Source: an archaeon
GTDB taxonomy: Archaea; B1Sed10-29; WALL01
Length of the DNA stretch: 64,000 nt
Assembly: GCA_042584585.1 (NCBI GenBank)
Contig: JBHOSQ010000005.1
Coordinates: 1-64,000 of the forward strand
Direction: 5' to 3'
Below are positions 7,723 to 17,575 of this stretch, piece after piece; position 1 is the stretch's first letter, and every line of letters starts with the position of its first letter. The position numbers and the translations under genes are program-made. The notes below the pieces were generated by a model. That model was not told where the DNA came from and made no database searches. It was given only the letters and a program-made list of their open reading frames with translations.

Positions 7723-9663
7723 CTAAAGTGGTCTTGCCCCAACAACTTCCATGCCATCTGCTTCTAAAACTACCATCATAGGTTTATAGATACCCTTTTT
7801 AGTTTTAAAGTAACTAACTTTAACTAGTCTCCCGCCTTGTGCCAAATCAGGCCGGAGCTCGCCTTTTGACGCCGTTTCTATCACCTTAGACTTAAGCACT
7901 GATTCACTCCAACCATACCTATCGAAGAAGTCCACCAAGTGTTTTCCAACGATGTGGTACTTGAACGTTCCCTGTTTTAGGTAAACGTCTTTTGTGCCGA
8001 TATTCATTTTATTGAACTTGCTGCTTCCTGCTTTTGCCGCGGCGTCCATCACTTCAAACGACTTCTTTGCGCCCCAGATTTGCCCGGCAAACTGCGCGGG
8101 GTTGTGCCATGCCGTCGTCGCGAGGCCAACAACCAAGTCACTCGCGTAGTACCTGACCTTGTCCGCCGCGTCCTGTTCGAACAAGTTCACGTTCTCGACA
8201 ATCACGCAGCCCAATGCGTCCCCAGCGTCCGCAACCAGCGACGGAATCGCGCCGCCGAACCCCTGGATGGCTCCACCCGCAAAGCTAGTGGCCGTCCAAA
8301 GCTGGTTCGCCGCACTGGTGGTGAGGCTGTTCCATATCCCCTGCACGGGATTCACGTTGGCGTTCAACTGCTTCGCAAGGGTTTGCTGGCCAACGTCAAT
8401 CGCGTCCTGTTGATAGTCCACACCCGTCAAGTAAGTGCTTGCGTCGGCTCCAGTGTCCACCACGAATTGCCCCGCAGTGCCGAACCAATTCGCCACCCCC
8501 CGCGCGAAGTTGCTCGCGGGATTCTGCTTGGACATCACACGACACCGGTCAGTCGCCGAAAACCCGGCCATGTGCTTCATTTGGTCGTAATATGGCTCGT
8601 CACGCATCTTCGAAATCGCGTTTTCCTTCAAGTCATAAAAACCGCGGGTGACGCGCTCGCACTTGGCTACGCCCCCAACTAATTGGGAAATAGCTTCCGT
8701 GTCCATGCGGCTGAACCGCAGGTAATTAGAAGGATTAATGTAGTCGTTAAACTCTTTGTTCACAACGCTGCAAGGCGGCCGGATTATGGATTGTTGACCC
8801 GAAACCCAAAGGGCGTGGTCTTGCGTTTCGGCAGAAGACAATGACTCAGCGGCCTCGACTTGTTCGAGGCGCCTCCATAATTCAGTGTCGTCATAGTTCA
8901 GCACGGCAACCAAGGCAGAAGCAACTCTTCCAGAAAGCGAGTCGCTTATTGAGGCAGAGTCGAAAAGCTCTCCTGCCTCTTGCATAGCAAGGCGCTCCAT
9001 TTCTTGCTGGTACTCCGCGTTGGCTGCTGCTGCAGCTTCCTCGTTTTCTTTCATGTGTTGTTCTGCTTTTGCGTTCAGGCCGTGTTGGTAGCTTGTCCAT
9101 TGTGTTGTTGAAATTGTGTCGCCGCTTGAGCTTCCGGCGCATTCGCCCCCGAAAAAGTTCCACGAAAGCGGGACGCCCATGCACTTGTATGCGTCGCCGT
9201 GGAAGCACCGCAGCCCGCCACTCGGGGCGCACTGCATTTCCGTGCCTTTGCACGAGCCGTCCTGGAGGAACATCGTGCCTTGCGAAGAGCCAAAGCAGAC
9301 CCAGCGGACGTTGTTGATGCATTGCTCTTCACTCGGTGAACACGTTGCGCCGGTCAACGCCAGCGACGCCGGCGCAAAAAAAGTGTTGATGGTGTAAAAG
9401 CCGTCGCCGTCAACGGAAAAAGTGCACGAGCCGCCGCCAAACACGCCGGTCACACTGCTGCCCGATTGACCCAAACACGAGACGTCTATTGAGGCGCCCT
9501 CGTCGCTCCAGACCGCGAGCGTACCTGCGCCGGGAAAGTCTTTGGTGAAGCAGCCCGGCTCTGTGCCTGTGACACCTGTGCCGGTGAATTGTATGCATTG
9601 CGCTGCGGCAACCCCGACAAGAAGCAGTACTAGCAGTGCCCTCGCGTGATTTCTCCCCCTCAC
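7723..9663 (-). CDS. Secreted multidomain protein with putative C-terminal RNase-type polymorphic toxin domain
   Basis: Signal peptide, Cys-rich repeats, Ala/Gly-rich helical middle, then a basic AT-rich ~100-aa C-terminus with HIxxxH and terminal 'VVGARP'. Confidence 0.6.
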   Translation of the reverse strand: MRGRNHARALLVLLLVGVAAAQCIQFTGTGVTGTEPGCFTKDFPGAGTLAVWSDEGASIDVSCLGQSGSSVTGVFGGGSCTFSVDGDGFYTINTFFAPASLALTGATCSPSEEQCINNVRWVCFGSSQGTMFLQDGSCKGTEMQCAPSGGLRCFHGDAYKCMGVPLSWNFFGGECAGSSSGDTISTTQWTSYQHGLNAKAEQHMKENEEAAAAANAEYQQEMERLAMQEAGELFDSASISDSLSGRVASALVAVLNYDDTELWRRLEQVEAAESLSSAETQDHALWVSGQQSIIRPPCSVVNKEFNDYINPSNYLRFSRMDTEAISQLVGGVAKCERVTRGFYDLKENAISKMRDEPYYDQMKHMAGFSATDRCRVMSKQNPASNFARGVANWFGTAGQFVVDTGADASTYLTGVDYQQDAIDVGQQTLAKQLNANVNPVQGIWNSLTTSAANQLWTATSFAGGAIQGFGGAIPSLVADAGDALGCVIVENVNLFEQDAADKVRYYASDLVVGLATTAWHNPAQFAGQIWGAKKSFEVMDAAAKAGSSKFNKMNIGTKDVYLKQGTFKYHIVGKHLVDFFDRYGWSESVLKSKVIETASKGELRPDLAQGGRLVKVSYFKTKKGIYKPMMVVLEADGMEVVGARPL

Positions 9664-9710
9664 ACAGTACTAGTGAGTTTTGGTGTATTTAAAACCTGTG
9701 CAGAAAACGT

Positions 9711-10094
9711 TTAAACGTTTTCTGTGCATTGGTCTTCCCAGCCGTCGTAGTGTCCACCCAGCGCATCACAACAGCTTTCTATGCCCCCATATAAGAGGTT
9801 GCAGTTCGCCGGTTCTTTGGAGGCATAAACGTCTTCCTTAAGCGCGCTTCTTGCAGCTTCTTCACATCCATAGCGTTTTGAAGAATCATCGATGTCTTTA
9901 CAAAACGCCGTGCTTTTGTATTGAATTGCTTTTTCGAGTTTGCACTCATATGTCTCGCAGAGTTCACCACTTAAGGTTTCTGATTCAGTTCGTTCTTCGA
10001 TTCCGATGGTTGCGTTTGGACTGCTAATACAGCCACCAAAAAACAACGTTAGGAGTAATACCCCCATAACTAGATTTTTTGTCCTCTCTCCCAT
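9711..10094 (-). CDS. Putative Cys-rich lipoprotein
   Basis: Lipobox-like 'FFGG|C' and a Cys-spaced helical repeat. Confidence 0.6.
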   Translation of the reverse strand: MGERTKNLVMGVLLLTLFFGGCISSPNATIGIEERTESETLSGELCETYECKLEKAIQYKSTAFCKDIDDSSKRYGCEEAARSALKEDVYASKEPANCNLLYGGIESCCDALGGHYDGWEDQCTENV

Positions 10095-10151
10095 AAGGTC
10101 ACCTCACTAAAAATGGGTTAAGGAAACTATTTAAAACTTTCATAAAAACGT

Positions 10152-13100
10152 CTAGATATTTGCCACTGGAGCGTCCGCGAATCTAATCTCGTTGTTAGTC
10201 AAGTCAATCTCAAGGCCAAAGAACTGGATGACGTTGTCGTCCTCTTCTTCTTCATCCTCGGGAGTTCCGCTCATCGGCTTGACGCCGAACGACTCGCTGT
10301 CTGACTTTGTCTCGTTCGTTGGAGTGTAAATCATGAAGCCAGTTAGTTGTTGGGTGCTTTCGGAAGAGCACGTAACTTTCCAGCTCATTGAATCGTACCC
10401 GGAGTTTCCAGCGATAGGCCCAATGTGTCTTGGGTTCTGATAAACAGAATCGATAGAACAGTCAGTAGTGAGATTGACTTTGACATCACCGAAGGATACG
10501 TTTTCTTCGTTGTAGTTGGTAACGTATACTTTAGCCATGAATGGCGTCAGGGTAATCGCGTCCTCTGGCAATATCAAGTCCACCTTGAGGTTCGTGTATA
10601 TACTCGTTACGTTGACCTGGACTCCTACTGGAGTGCCGTACATGCTCGTGTTGTCCATTGCGCGGATGTAAAGCGTGCTCACGCCTTCGGGCACGTTCTT
10701 GAACTCGTGCTTGTAGCTCGTGCCGTTATTGGCGCCTGTTACCGCGTCACTCCATTCAACGCCGTCGAACGAGTACTCGAATTCGTCCAAGTCAGCGTCG
10801 TCGCTGTGGAACGTCACGTTAACGTCGTCAATGTCGTACTGCGGCGTGCCAGTCGGCGCCGTGATAAGTGTCGTTGGACCCTGGTTGTTCACATTCGACC
10901 AAACCATAGAGACGTTCTCGTTGCCCGCCCAGTCAACCGCCTTGATGTAAGTGTACCTAACGCCCTCACTCACGTTATAGAACCACGCTGGGCTTCCGCC
11001 GGGATCCAGTTCCCACTCGCCGTCATCAAGCTTCTGGTAAAACGCCTTCACGTCGCTTGAGCCAGAACTGTAGAGCTCCACCATGGTAGTGGTTCCAGTG
11101 TAATTGCTGTTGTTGCCACCACTCATGGTCAACCCCGGAGCAACCGTGTCCACTGTGATGTTCACGTTCGCCTCGTCCCCAAGGTTCCCGAGCATGTCAT
11201 AAGACCGCACGTAAAGCGTGTGGGCACCATCCGATAGACTGAACGTGTGCGAGTCGCCGCTCTCGACGCTCCAGCCCCCGCTGTCGGCCTGGACCTCGTA
11301 GTAGTCCACGTCTGCCTGGTCGCTGGCGGAGTACTCAAAAAACCCGCTCGTGACATTTGCACCCTCGTTGGGGTAAGTAATCATAATCGTTGGCCCGCTT
11401 TGGTCAATCTCGAAGTCAACCGATACCACGTCGCTCCAAAGGACGAAGTCGGTGCACTTCAAGTAAAGCGTGTGCGTTCCCTCAAGCGTTTGGTTGGTTA
11501 TGGAAGTGACGTTCTGAACGCCGCTCGTCACGTTGAAGTCGCCGTTCCAAACGCCGGCATCCATTTTGTACTGGCACTTCAGCACGGTCTGCTCCGCGTC
11601 CGTTGCAGTGACGTTAATTTCGTCGACGAACAAGTGGTACGAATCAACAACTGGCTCGTTTATCACTGCAGTCGGCGGGCTGTTCAGTGCCGACGTGGCG
11701 TTTACCCTGACGTGGTCCTCACCGGTCTCGGTGGAGTCAGACGCCCGTATCCTGAGCGTGCGCACCCCCGAGGGCAAGAGCGTGAAGTTGTAATCGTAAT
11801 CTGTGTCCGCGCTTATTCCCGTTATCCCGGTGTCTTTCCACAAGCCGCCGTCCACGGCGTACTCGAACTTGACGACGTCGTCGTCTGGCGTGGTGAAGTT
11901 CACGACCGCCCAGTTGTTCGCAGTAACCGTGTCGTTCGCGGGCGAGGTAATGTTAACATCCGGCGCGTGCGAGTCAACGAAAACAGTGACGTTGTCCTCG
12001 GCGCCTTTCTTGCCGGCTTCGTCGACGTGAAGCACGTGCAGTACGTGCCAGCCCTCTGCCAAGTCCTTGAACGCGGATGGCGACCCATTCGGGTCCTTGC
12101 ACCACCGCTCGTTCGCGGTGTCGTTCCAGGTGTTTAGGTAAGGGGTCGGGCAGATTGCGCCGTTGTCCAGCTTGATGAGTGAGTGGTTCACGTCCGTGGC
12201 AGTGGTGTTGTAGTACACGCCAATGTTTGCGTACCCGAAGTGCGTGCTGTTGTCCGGAATGGTTATGAAGATGTCGGGCGGGCCGCTGTCTGGAGTAATT
12301 GTTATGTCCGCTGTGGCAGACGCACCTGCTAAGTCGTCGTCCTTCACGAGAAGAGACACTTTGAAGGTGCCGGTCAGGTTGAATTTGTGGGTGGTTACCG
12401 GGTCGGTCGTGTTCGTGAGCGTGCCGTCGCCCCACTGCCACTCGTAGAAGGCAATGCTGCCGTCCGAGTCGGTGCTGGCCGAGGCGTTGAACGTGAGTTG
12501 GTGCTCTTTTTCACCAGTCAGGGGCGCGGCAAAGTTCGCGTTCGGTGGAGTGTTGCCGGGCGCGTCCGTGATTGTGACGTAGCTCCAGTCGTTGAAGCAC
12601 TTGGGCACTTCCACCTTGACGTATTGGAACGTGGTGTTGTACCCCGGAATGGTGTAGGTGTGGGTCGCCCAAAGCTGGTGGCCGCCGTCGCCCATGCTGG
12701 TGTCCAGGCTCTCAAGGCTCTGCATCCCCGCCTGCACCCAACTAATGTTGTTGTTTGAAGTGTAAACCGTGACGTTGTCTTTGCAGCTGTGGCTTCCGCC
12801 GGACTTGACGTCTACGTTGATGCTGACGTTTTGCGTGATGCTGACTTGGAGGTCGTGGACGTGCCACTTCTGGTACCAGTTGCAGCAGTCAACAGTCCCG
12901 CAGTGTGAGTCGGCTTGGTTGGGCGAGTAGCCTATGCCGTTGTTGCAGCCATCGCGCCATAGTGACGTGTACGTCTTCATCGGCTGGGGGCCGCTGCCTA
13001 CTCCCGTAGTGGGGCTGAATGCCGTGTAACTCTCGGGGTTGGCCGAGTCAGGCATGTGAATCATGATTTGGGCGATTTTTTCGTCCGTGACGAGCGCGAA

Positions 13101-13574
13101 GCGCGTTGGAGTGTCGGGGTTGCCGACTCCTTTCTCCGCCACTTTGTGGAAGAATCCGCCTGCCGAAGCGAAGATTTCTACTTTGCTGGTGTCGCCGTGC
13201 GGCGTCACCTCGAACTCGAAGCGCGTGAGGCCGTCGGTCTCGACTTTGAAGATGTGGTTGTTGTCCAGGTTGCCGCATTTCGTGCCGCTGCAGAACACTT
13301 CTTCCGCGTCCGACACGTCTGGCCCTGTATCAATTGGCTCCGGCGTCGGCTCCGGAGTAGCTTCCGGTGTTGGCACTGGCGTTGCTGTTGGCTCGGGAGT
13401 GGGTGTTGGTGTCACCTGCTGGATTTTTACTTGGTTGTTGACCGCGTCAATCTGGATTTGGAGTGTTTGTAGCAGCTGGCTGAAGTCCGGGCCGATGAAA
13501 GCAAAGGCTGGGCTTAGTAAAATGATAGACATTATCACCGCAACTACGCATCTCCGCATAATTCTCATATGCAA
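10152..13574 (-). CDS. Large secreted surface glycoprotein with PKD and tandem Ig-like repeats
   Basis: Signal peptide, PT/PE linker, PKD motif 'FNASASTDSDGSIAFYEWQWGDG', repeated 'L.EG.HTLYV...D..GN' units, many NxS/T sequons. Confidence 0.8.
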   Translation of the reverse strand: MHMRIMRRCVVAVIMSIILLSPAFAFIGPDFSQLLQTLQIQIDAVNNQVKIQQVTPTPTPEPTATPVPTPEATPEPTPEPIDTGPDVSDAEEVFCSGTKCGNLDNNHIFKVETDGLTRFEFEVTPHGDTSKVEIFASAGGFFHKVAEKGVGNPDTPTRFALVTDEKIAQIMIHMPDSANPESYTAFSPTTGVGSGPQPMKTYTSLWRDGCNNGIGYSPNQADSHCGTVDCCNWYQKWHVHDLQVSITQNVSINVDVKSGGSHSCKDNVTVYTSNNNISWVQAGMQSLESLDTSMGDGGHQLWATHTYTIPGYNTTFQYVKVEVPKCFNDWSYVTITDAPGNTPPNANFAAPLTGEKEHQLTFNASASTDSDGSIAFYEWQWGDGTLTNTTDPVTTHKFNLTGTFKVSLLVKDDDLAGASATADITITPDSGPPDIFITIPDNSTHFGYANIGVYYNTTATDVNHSLIKLDNGAICPTPYLNTWNDTANERWCKDPNGSPSAFKDLAEGWHVLHVLHVDEAGKKGAEDNVTVFVDSHAPDVNITSPANDTVTANNWAVVNFTTPDDDVVKFEYAVDGGLWKDTGITGISADTDYDYNFTLLPSGVRTLRIRASDSTETGEDHVRVNATSALNSPPTAVINEPVVDSYHLFVDEINVTATDAEQTVLKCQYKMDAGVWNGDFNVTSGVQNVTSITNQTLEGTHTLYLKCTDFVLWSDVVSVDFEIDQSGPTIMITYPNEGANVTSGFFEYSASDQADVDYYEVQADSGGWSVESGDSHTFSLSDGAHTLYVRSYDMLGNLGDEANVNITVDTVAPGLTMSGGNNSNYTGTTTMVELYSSGSSDVKAFYQKLDDGEWELDPGGSPAWFYNVSEGVRYTYIKAVDWAGNENVSMVWSNVNNQGPTTLITAPTGTPQYDIDDVNVTFHSDDADLDEFEYSFDGVEWSDAVTGANNGTSYKHEFKNVPEGVSTLYIRAMDNTSMYGTPVGVQVNVTSIYTNLKVDLILPEDAITLTPFMAKVYVTNYNEENVSFGDVKVNLTTDCSIDSVYQNPRHIGPIAGNSGYDSMSWKVTCSSESTQQLTGFMIYTPTNETKSDSESFGVKPMSGTPEDEEEEDDNVIQFFGLEIDLTNNEIRFADAPVANI

Positions 13575-13651
13575 TAATGTTCTTAATAAGAGAGTATATA
13601 AAGCTTACTCTAGACTGGACAATTTACCAGTAAAACCGGGTTTTTGCGGCA

Positions 13652-14542
13652 TTATGTAAGGTCTATGTGGGCTGTGAGCGTAGAGCCACTAGCCGGAGAG
13701 TGTGTACTGGCTCCTTTCTCGTTGCATAGTACTGCCGTACCGCCCCCGGCACTTATTTCTACGAGGTATACGCCGGTATTCGTGCTTATGGCATTCGTTA
13801 TGCGGGTTGTACTCAAATCAAACTCTAGTTTATCGTTAGTACCAAGATTTTTACCTGAGCCCTCCGAACTCCATCCAGTAGTGTCAAGCCCAGTAAGGCT
13901 GGGAATGAACGTTGTTGAACTATCCGACGTTACGAAAATGTTTGGAGCTGGATTACTGGTTTGGGATTTCTCAAAGTTCAGGGTGAGAGTTGCCGAGCTT
14001 ATAGGATTAGTACCTACCTCATTGAAGTCAAAGAGCAAGTACGCCTTAAGTCCTCCACCAATAATTGTGTCTACACTGCAGACTGGGAATAAACCCGTTT
14101 GGGCTTTGTTTTGGTCGTTGTCGCCGGGATAAAACAGCTCCCACGTCACTTTTTCGGGCGCGCCTTCTCCGTACTGAATCCATCCAGTCTCGGTTTGGAG
14201 CCATGCCGTCCGCGACGCAGCGTCGAACATGAGCGTGTACTGGTCTTGTAGCATGCACGTTTCCACTGCAGCGGTCGAGGGCGCGTCAGTACCCCCCTTC
14301 GTCATCTCTCCCGTGTAGTACGTGATTGACGATGGGGCAGTCAACGGGTCGTTGCCCAAATACGGGTTGGTGTAGCCCTTCAGGCCAAGGTGGTAGTCCC
14401 GGCACTCAATGATGTCGATTTGCACGCCCCGCTGCGTCGCCGCAGGCGTCAGCACGGCGTTCAGAATCAACAAAACGCTTGCGATGAACCCCATCACCGC
14501 AATTATGATCAATAAGTACTCAACTGCTCCCTGGCCCTTCAT
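13652..14542 (-). CDS. Pilin-like protein with class III signal peptide and extra C-terminal beta-sandwich (DNRLRE-like) domain
   Basis: MKG|QGAVEY. C-terminal 'AYLLFDF...ISSATLTL' pattern. Confidence 0.75.
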   Translation of the reverse strand: MKGQGAVEYLLIIIAVMGFIASVLLILNAVLTPAATQRGVQIDIIECRDYHLGLKGYTNPYLGNDPLTAPSSITYYTGEMTKGGTDAPSTAAVETCMLQDQYTLMFDAASRTAWLQTETGWIQYGEGAPEKVTWELFYPGDNDQNKAQTGLFPVCSVDTIIGGGLKAYLLFDFNEVGTNPISSATLTLNFEKSQTSNPAPNIFVTSDSSTTFIPSLTGLDTTGWSSEGSGKNLGTNDKLEFDLSTTRITNAISTNTGVYLVEISAGGGTAVLCNEKGASTHSPASGSTLTAHIDLT

Positions 14543-14596
14543 AACTGAAAATAAGCACGATAGCTATAAAAACATTCCTTTCGTTTGCCTTCAACG

Positions 14597-15043
14597 ATGC
14601 GGGGTCAAGTAACCATCGAATACATCCTTGTCCTAGTCATAATGCTGGTCATACTCGCAACCGTGTCCATACCAACGATTGAGCAAATCGAGGTCGACGT
14701 CACCGACACCGGCAACGCAATCAACCTGGCGGCAGTCCAGCAAAGAATCGCGTCAACCGCAAGGGAAATGAGCCTCACGGGATGCGGTTCAACCAAAAAC
14801 ATCACTGTCCACATCCAGCAAGACCTCTTCACACCACTAACAATCACGTGGGACGGCAACAAAGTCGGGGGCCAACTAAAATTGATGAACGGCACCGACC
14901 GCGACCTCAAAGACCTCACGTTCCCAGACACGATAAAAGTCGAGGCCTCCAACAGCACACAATTCCATTACTGGGACCTTCGCTTCACCAAAGACTGCGG
15001 GACGTTCACTTCATCAGGCTGCATAGGGGACTGCGGCATATGA
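14597..15043 (+). CDS. Class III signal-peptide pilin
   Basis: MRG|QVTIEY plus hydrophobic helix. Confidence 0.82.
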   Translation: MRGQVTIEYILVLVIMLVILATVSIPTIEQIEVDVTDTGNAINLAAVQQRIASTAREMSLTGCGSTKNITVHIQQDLFTPLTITWDGNKVGGQLKLMNGTDRDLKDLTFPDTIKVEASNSTQFHYWDLRFTKDCGTFTSSGCIGDCGI

Positions 15044-15423
15044 AAGGGCAAACCGCGCTCGAAATGGTCCTCCTCGCCGCACTCATAATCGTCGTCGCCG
15101 GAATGGTATACGTCTCCTACTCCGGAGAGTCAGCAGACACCATCGCTGAAACCACCATCCGCACCCAAGCCAACATGATACTCGCCAAAGGCGCACTCAC
15201 AAACGCCTCCTGCGCCAACGCCCAACTAATCTACTTCAACGAAACAACAACCAAACGCCGCTACGAATTAACAATAGTCCCAGACTACTGCGGCCCGTTC
15301 CTCTTCACCCAGCCCGCCCGCGACAACATCCAGGGAAGAATCAGCGAAGCCCTCGGCTGCCGCTACGAAGACAACGGCACATGCCAAGGCAAGAATTATA
15401 TAGTCTCGCTCGCAAAGACATAA
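15040..15423 (+). CDS. Class III signal-peptide pilin
   Basis: MKG|QTALEM, with ATGA overlap with the upstream gene. Confidence 0.82.
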   Translation: MKGQTALEMVLLAALIIVVAGMVYVSYSGESADTIAETTIRTQANMILAKGALTNASCANAQLIYFNETTTKRRYELTIVPDYCGPFLFTQPARDNIQGRISEALGCRYEDNGTCQGKNYIVSLAKT

Positions 15424-15433
15424 CGGGGAGAAA

Positions 15434-16567
15434 TTGGAGGGAGAGGCAAAAGCGCTATGCATTGCTGCGGCAGCCATAGGGCTAGCCATCGCGCCGGACG
15501 CCTCGCTTGTCCTCGGCTGCCTCGCCGGAATCGTCACCGGATTAATCCCCGGCCTGCACCCAAACACCTTCCTCCCAATGGCCAGTGGCACTGCATTCAT
15601 AATCGGCCTCGCCGTCTCCCATTCGTTCTTCGACTTCCTGCCCGCCATAATGCTCGGCGCACCCGACGAAGCCACCTCACTCTCAGTGCTCCCGGGCCAC
15701 AAGATGCTGCTCCGAGGAAAAGCGCTCGAGGCCTTCCGCATCACCATACTCGGCGGGCTCTTTGCCGGAATACTCGCAGCGCTCTTCATCCCGTTCCTCG
15801 GGTTCGCAAACCAGCCCATTCTAGTGCCGATTGTTTTGGTATTCACGCTCGCCACAATGCTCGCCAACGCAAAACACAAGACAAAAACAATTCTGGTGAT
15901 GATTGCCGCGGCATTCATCGGCCACCACGCGCTCGCGGCCAACGCATTGCCTGCCATGCTTGCCGGGTTCTTCGGCACCAGCACAATCATTTTTTCGCTC
16001 GCCACCCGGCCGGTGATTCCGCCGCAGCTCCCGCACGCAAAAGCAAGAATCACCCACCGCGAGGCCGCGTTGGCGGCGGTCGCGGGATGGCTCGCGGGAC
16101 TTTTTCCCGCGGTCTCGCCGTCAGTTGCAGCAATGGCTCTTTGCCCAAAGATGAAGCACCGAGAATTCCTCGCGGTGCTCGGCGGAACCAACACGGTTTA
16201 CGCAATCGCCGCAATACTTGCAATTAACATTGTCGGCAGGCCGCGGAGCGGAGCCGCCATTGCGGTGGGGCGCCAAGACTTTTTGTTCGTCGCCGGCTCG
16301 GCGCTCGCGGCAATCGGGATTTCGGCGTGGCTCGCGTGGCACTTGTCAAAACCCTTGGTGCAGTGGTTCAACAAAGTCAACCACCGCGCGGCGTCGGGAA
16401 TTGCGCTGATAATCGTTGTTGGGATTGCGGGGCTGGGCGGCACGACCGCACTGGCCTTTCTCGCTGTTTCCACACTGGTTGGCCTGGTGTGCCTCGCGTG
16501 GGGAGTGAGGCGCAGCACGTGCATGGCAAGCCTTTTAATCCCGGTCCTGCTTTACTACTTATTGTGA
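15434..16567 (+). CDS. TctA/DUF112-family membrane protein (tripartite tricarboxylate transporter permease-like)
   Basis: 'GIVTGLIPGLHPNT' and 'LGAPDEATSLSVLPGHKMLLRG' motifs, multipass. Confidence 0.85.
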   Translation: MEGEAKALCIAAAAIGLAIAPDASLVLGCLAGIVTGLIPGLHPNTFLPMASGTAFIIGLAVSHSFFDFLPAIMLGAPDEATSLSVLPGHKMLLRGKALEAFRITILGGLFAGILAALFIPFLGFANQPILVPIVLVFTLATMLANAKHKTKTILVMIAAAFIGHHALAANALPAMLAGFFGTSTIIFSLATRPVIPPQLPHAKARITHREAALAAVAGWLAGLFPAVSPSVAAMALCPKMKHREFLAVLGGTNTVYAIAAILAINIVGRPRSGAAIAVGRQDFLFVAGSALAAIGISAWLAWHLSKPLVQWFNKVNHRAASGIALIIVVGIAGLGGTTALAFLAVSTLVGLVCLAWGVRRSTCMASLLIPVLLYYLL

Positions 16568-16920
16568 AAATCAGCCAGACCGCAGTCGAGTTCATTCTTG
16601 AAACCGCGAAGAATGCGTACCCCCGCGAGTTCGTGGGGATGCTCCGCGCCAACGAAGGTGTGATTACCGAAATCTTGATTATTCCGGGGAGCAAGTTCGA
16701 AAAGAATTATTCATCAGTCCTCACCAACATGGTGCCGCTGGACCCCTCGATTGTCGGCTCGGTGCACTCACACCCAGGCCCGGCGAGGCCGTCGCGCGCG
16801 GACCTGCGGTTTTTCGAGAGGGGCATGGTTAACCTCATCGCTGGCTACCCCTATGAGTTCGGCAACCTCGCGGCTTTTGACGCTCACGGCAGCCCGACAA
16901 GCCTAGAAATAGTTAAATAG
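16564..16920 (+). CDS. JAB/MPN+ (JAMM) metalloprotease
   Basis: 'YPREFVGML' catalytic Glu and 'GSVHSHP...PSRAD' HxH-x7-S-x2-D motif. GTG start overlaps the upstream TGA. Confidence 0.9.
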   Translation: MKISQTAVEFILETAKNAYPREFVGMLRANEGVITEILIIPGSKFEKNYSSVLTNMVPLDPSIVGSVHSHPGPARPSRADLRFFERGMVNLIAGYPYEFGNLAAFDAHGSPTSLEIVK

Positions 16921-16942
16921 CCCCGGTGCATATTCACAAGCG

Positions 16943-17575
16943 ATGCGGGGCTCTCTTACGCTCGAGTTCATACTCTCGCTAGTCCTGCTCATAGCGACGG
17001 CAGGCGGGTTTTTGATGCTGTCGTACGGCCAAATCGAGAACAGCGTGATTGCCTCGACGCAGTACAAGGCCGAGGCCATGGCAATGTCCACCGGCTCCGC
17101 GCTGACGCACTTTTTCGCGACCGAGCCCGAGTACGGTTCGTACATGGAAATGGACTTCAGGGGCTTGCCACAAGAGGCGGCCGGCCAGTCCTCGTTCGGC
17201 ATGCCCGGGTTCGGGGTGTACGCCAGCGGGCAGGAATGCAACGTGAGCATTGATATCGACAACAGCATGGTCATCGTAAACATACTTGTCTACCGAATCG
17301 AGTCCAGCGAGCCGGAACTCGTGACGGCAAAGTACCCGTTCGCAAGTGGGGTAAGCGCCGGAGCCTGCAGTGGCGAAATAACTCTTGTCAAGACCGTGGG
17401 CTGCGGCAAGGGCATAAGCGTTTCCATGCAGGCGGATGGCGGCTACTTGATTAACGAGCTTGGGATTAGGGCGTTTTTGCCTGGCGGGCCGACGGCTTCG
17501 CCCCTGCCATTCACCGGTGACAATGGCGAATCTACACCCATACCAACTCCGCCTGGGGGGTGGCAACTGGCATGA
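16943..17575 (+). CDS. Pilin-like protein, class III signal peptide
   Basis: MRG|SLTLEF plus hydrophobic helix, Pro-rich tail. Confidence 0.75.
   Translation: MRGSLTLEFILSLVLLIATAGGFLMLSYGQIENSVIASTQYKAEAMAMSTGSALTHFFATEPEYGSYMEMDFRGLPQEAAGQSSFGMPGFGVYASGQECNVSIDIDNSMVIVNILVYRIESSEPELVTAKYPFASGVSAGACSGEITLVKTVGCGKGISVSMQADGGYLINELGIRAFLPGGPTASPLPFTGDNGESTPIPTPPGGWQLA

Noticed and set aside
13340-13415. PT/PE repeat as a separate element
   Set aside because: An ordinary Pro/Thr linker within the surface protein.
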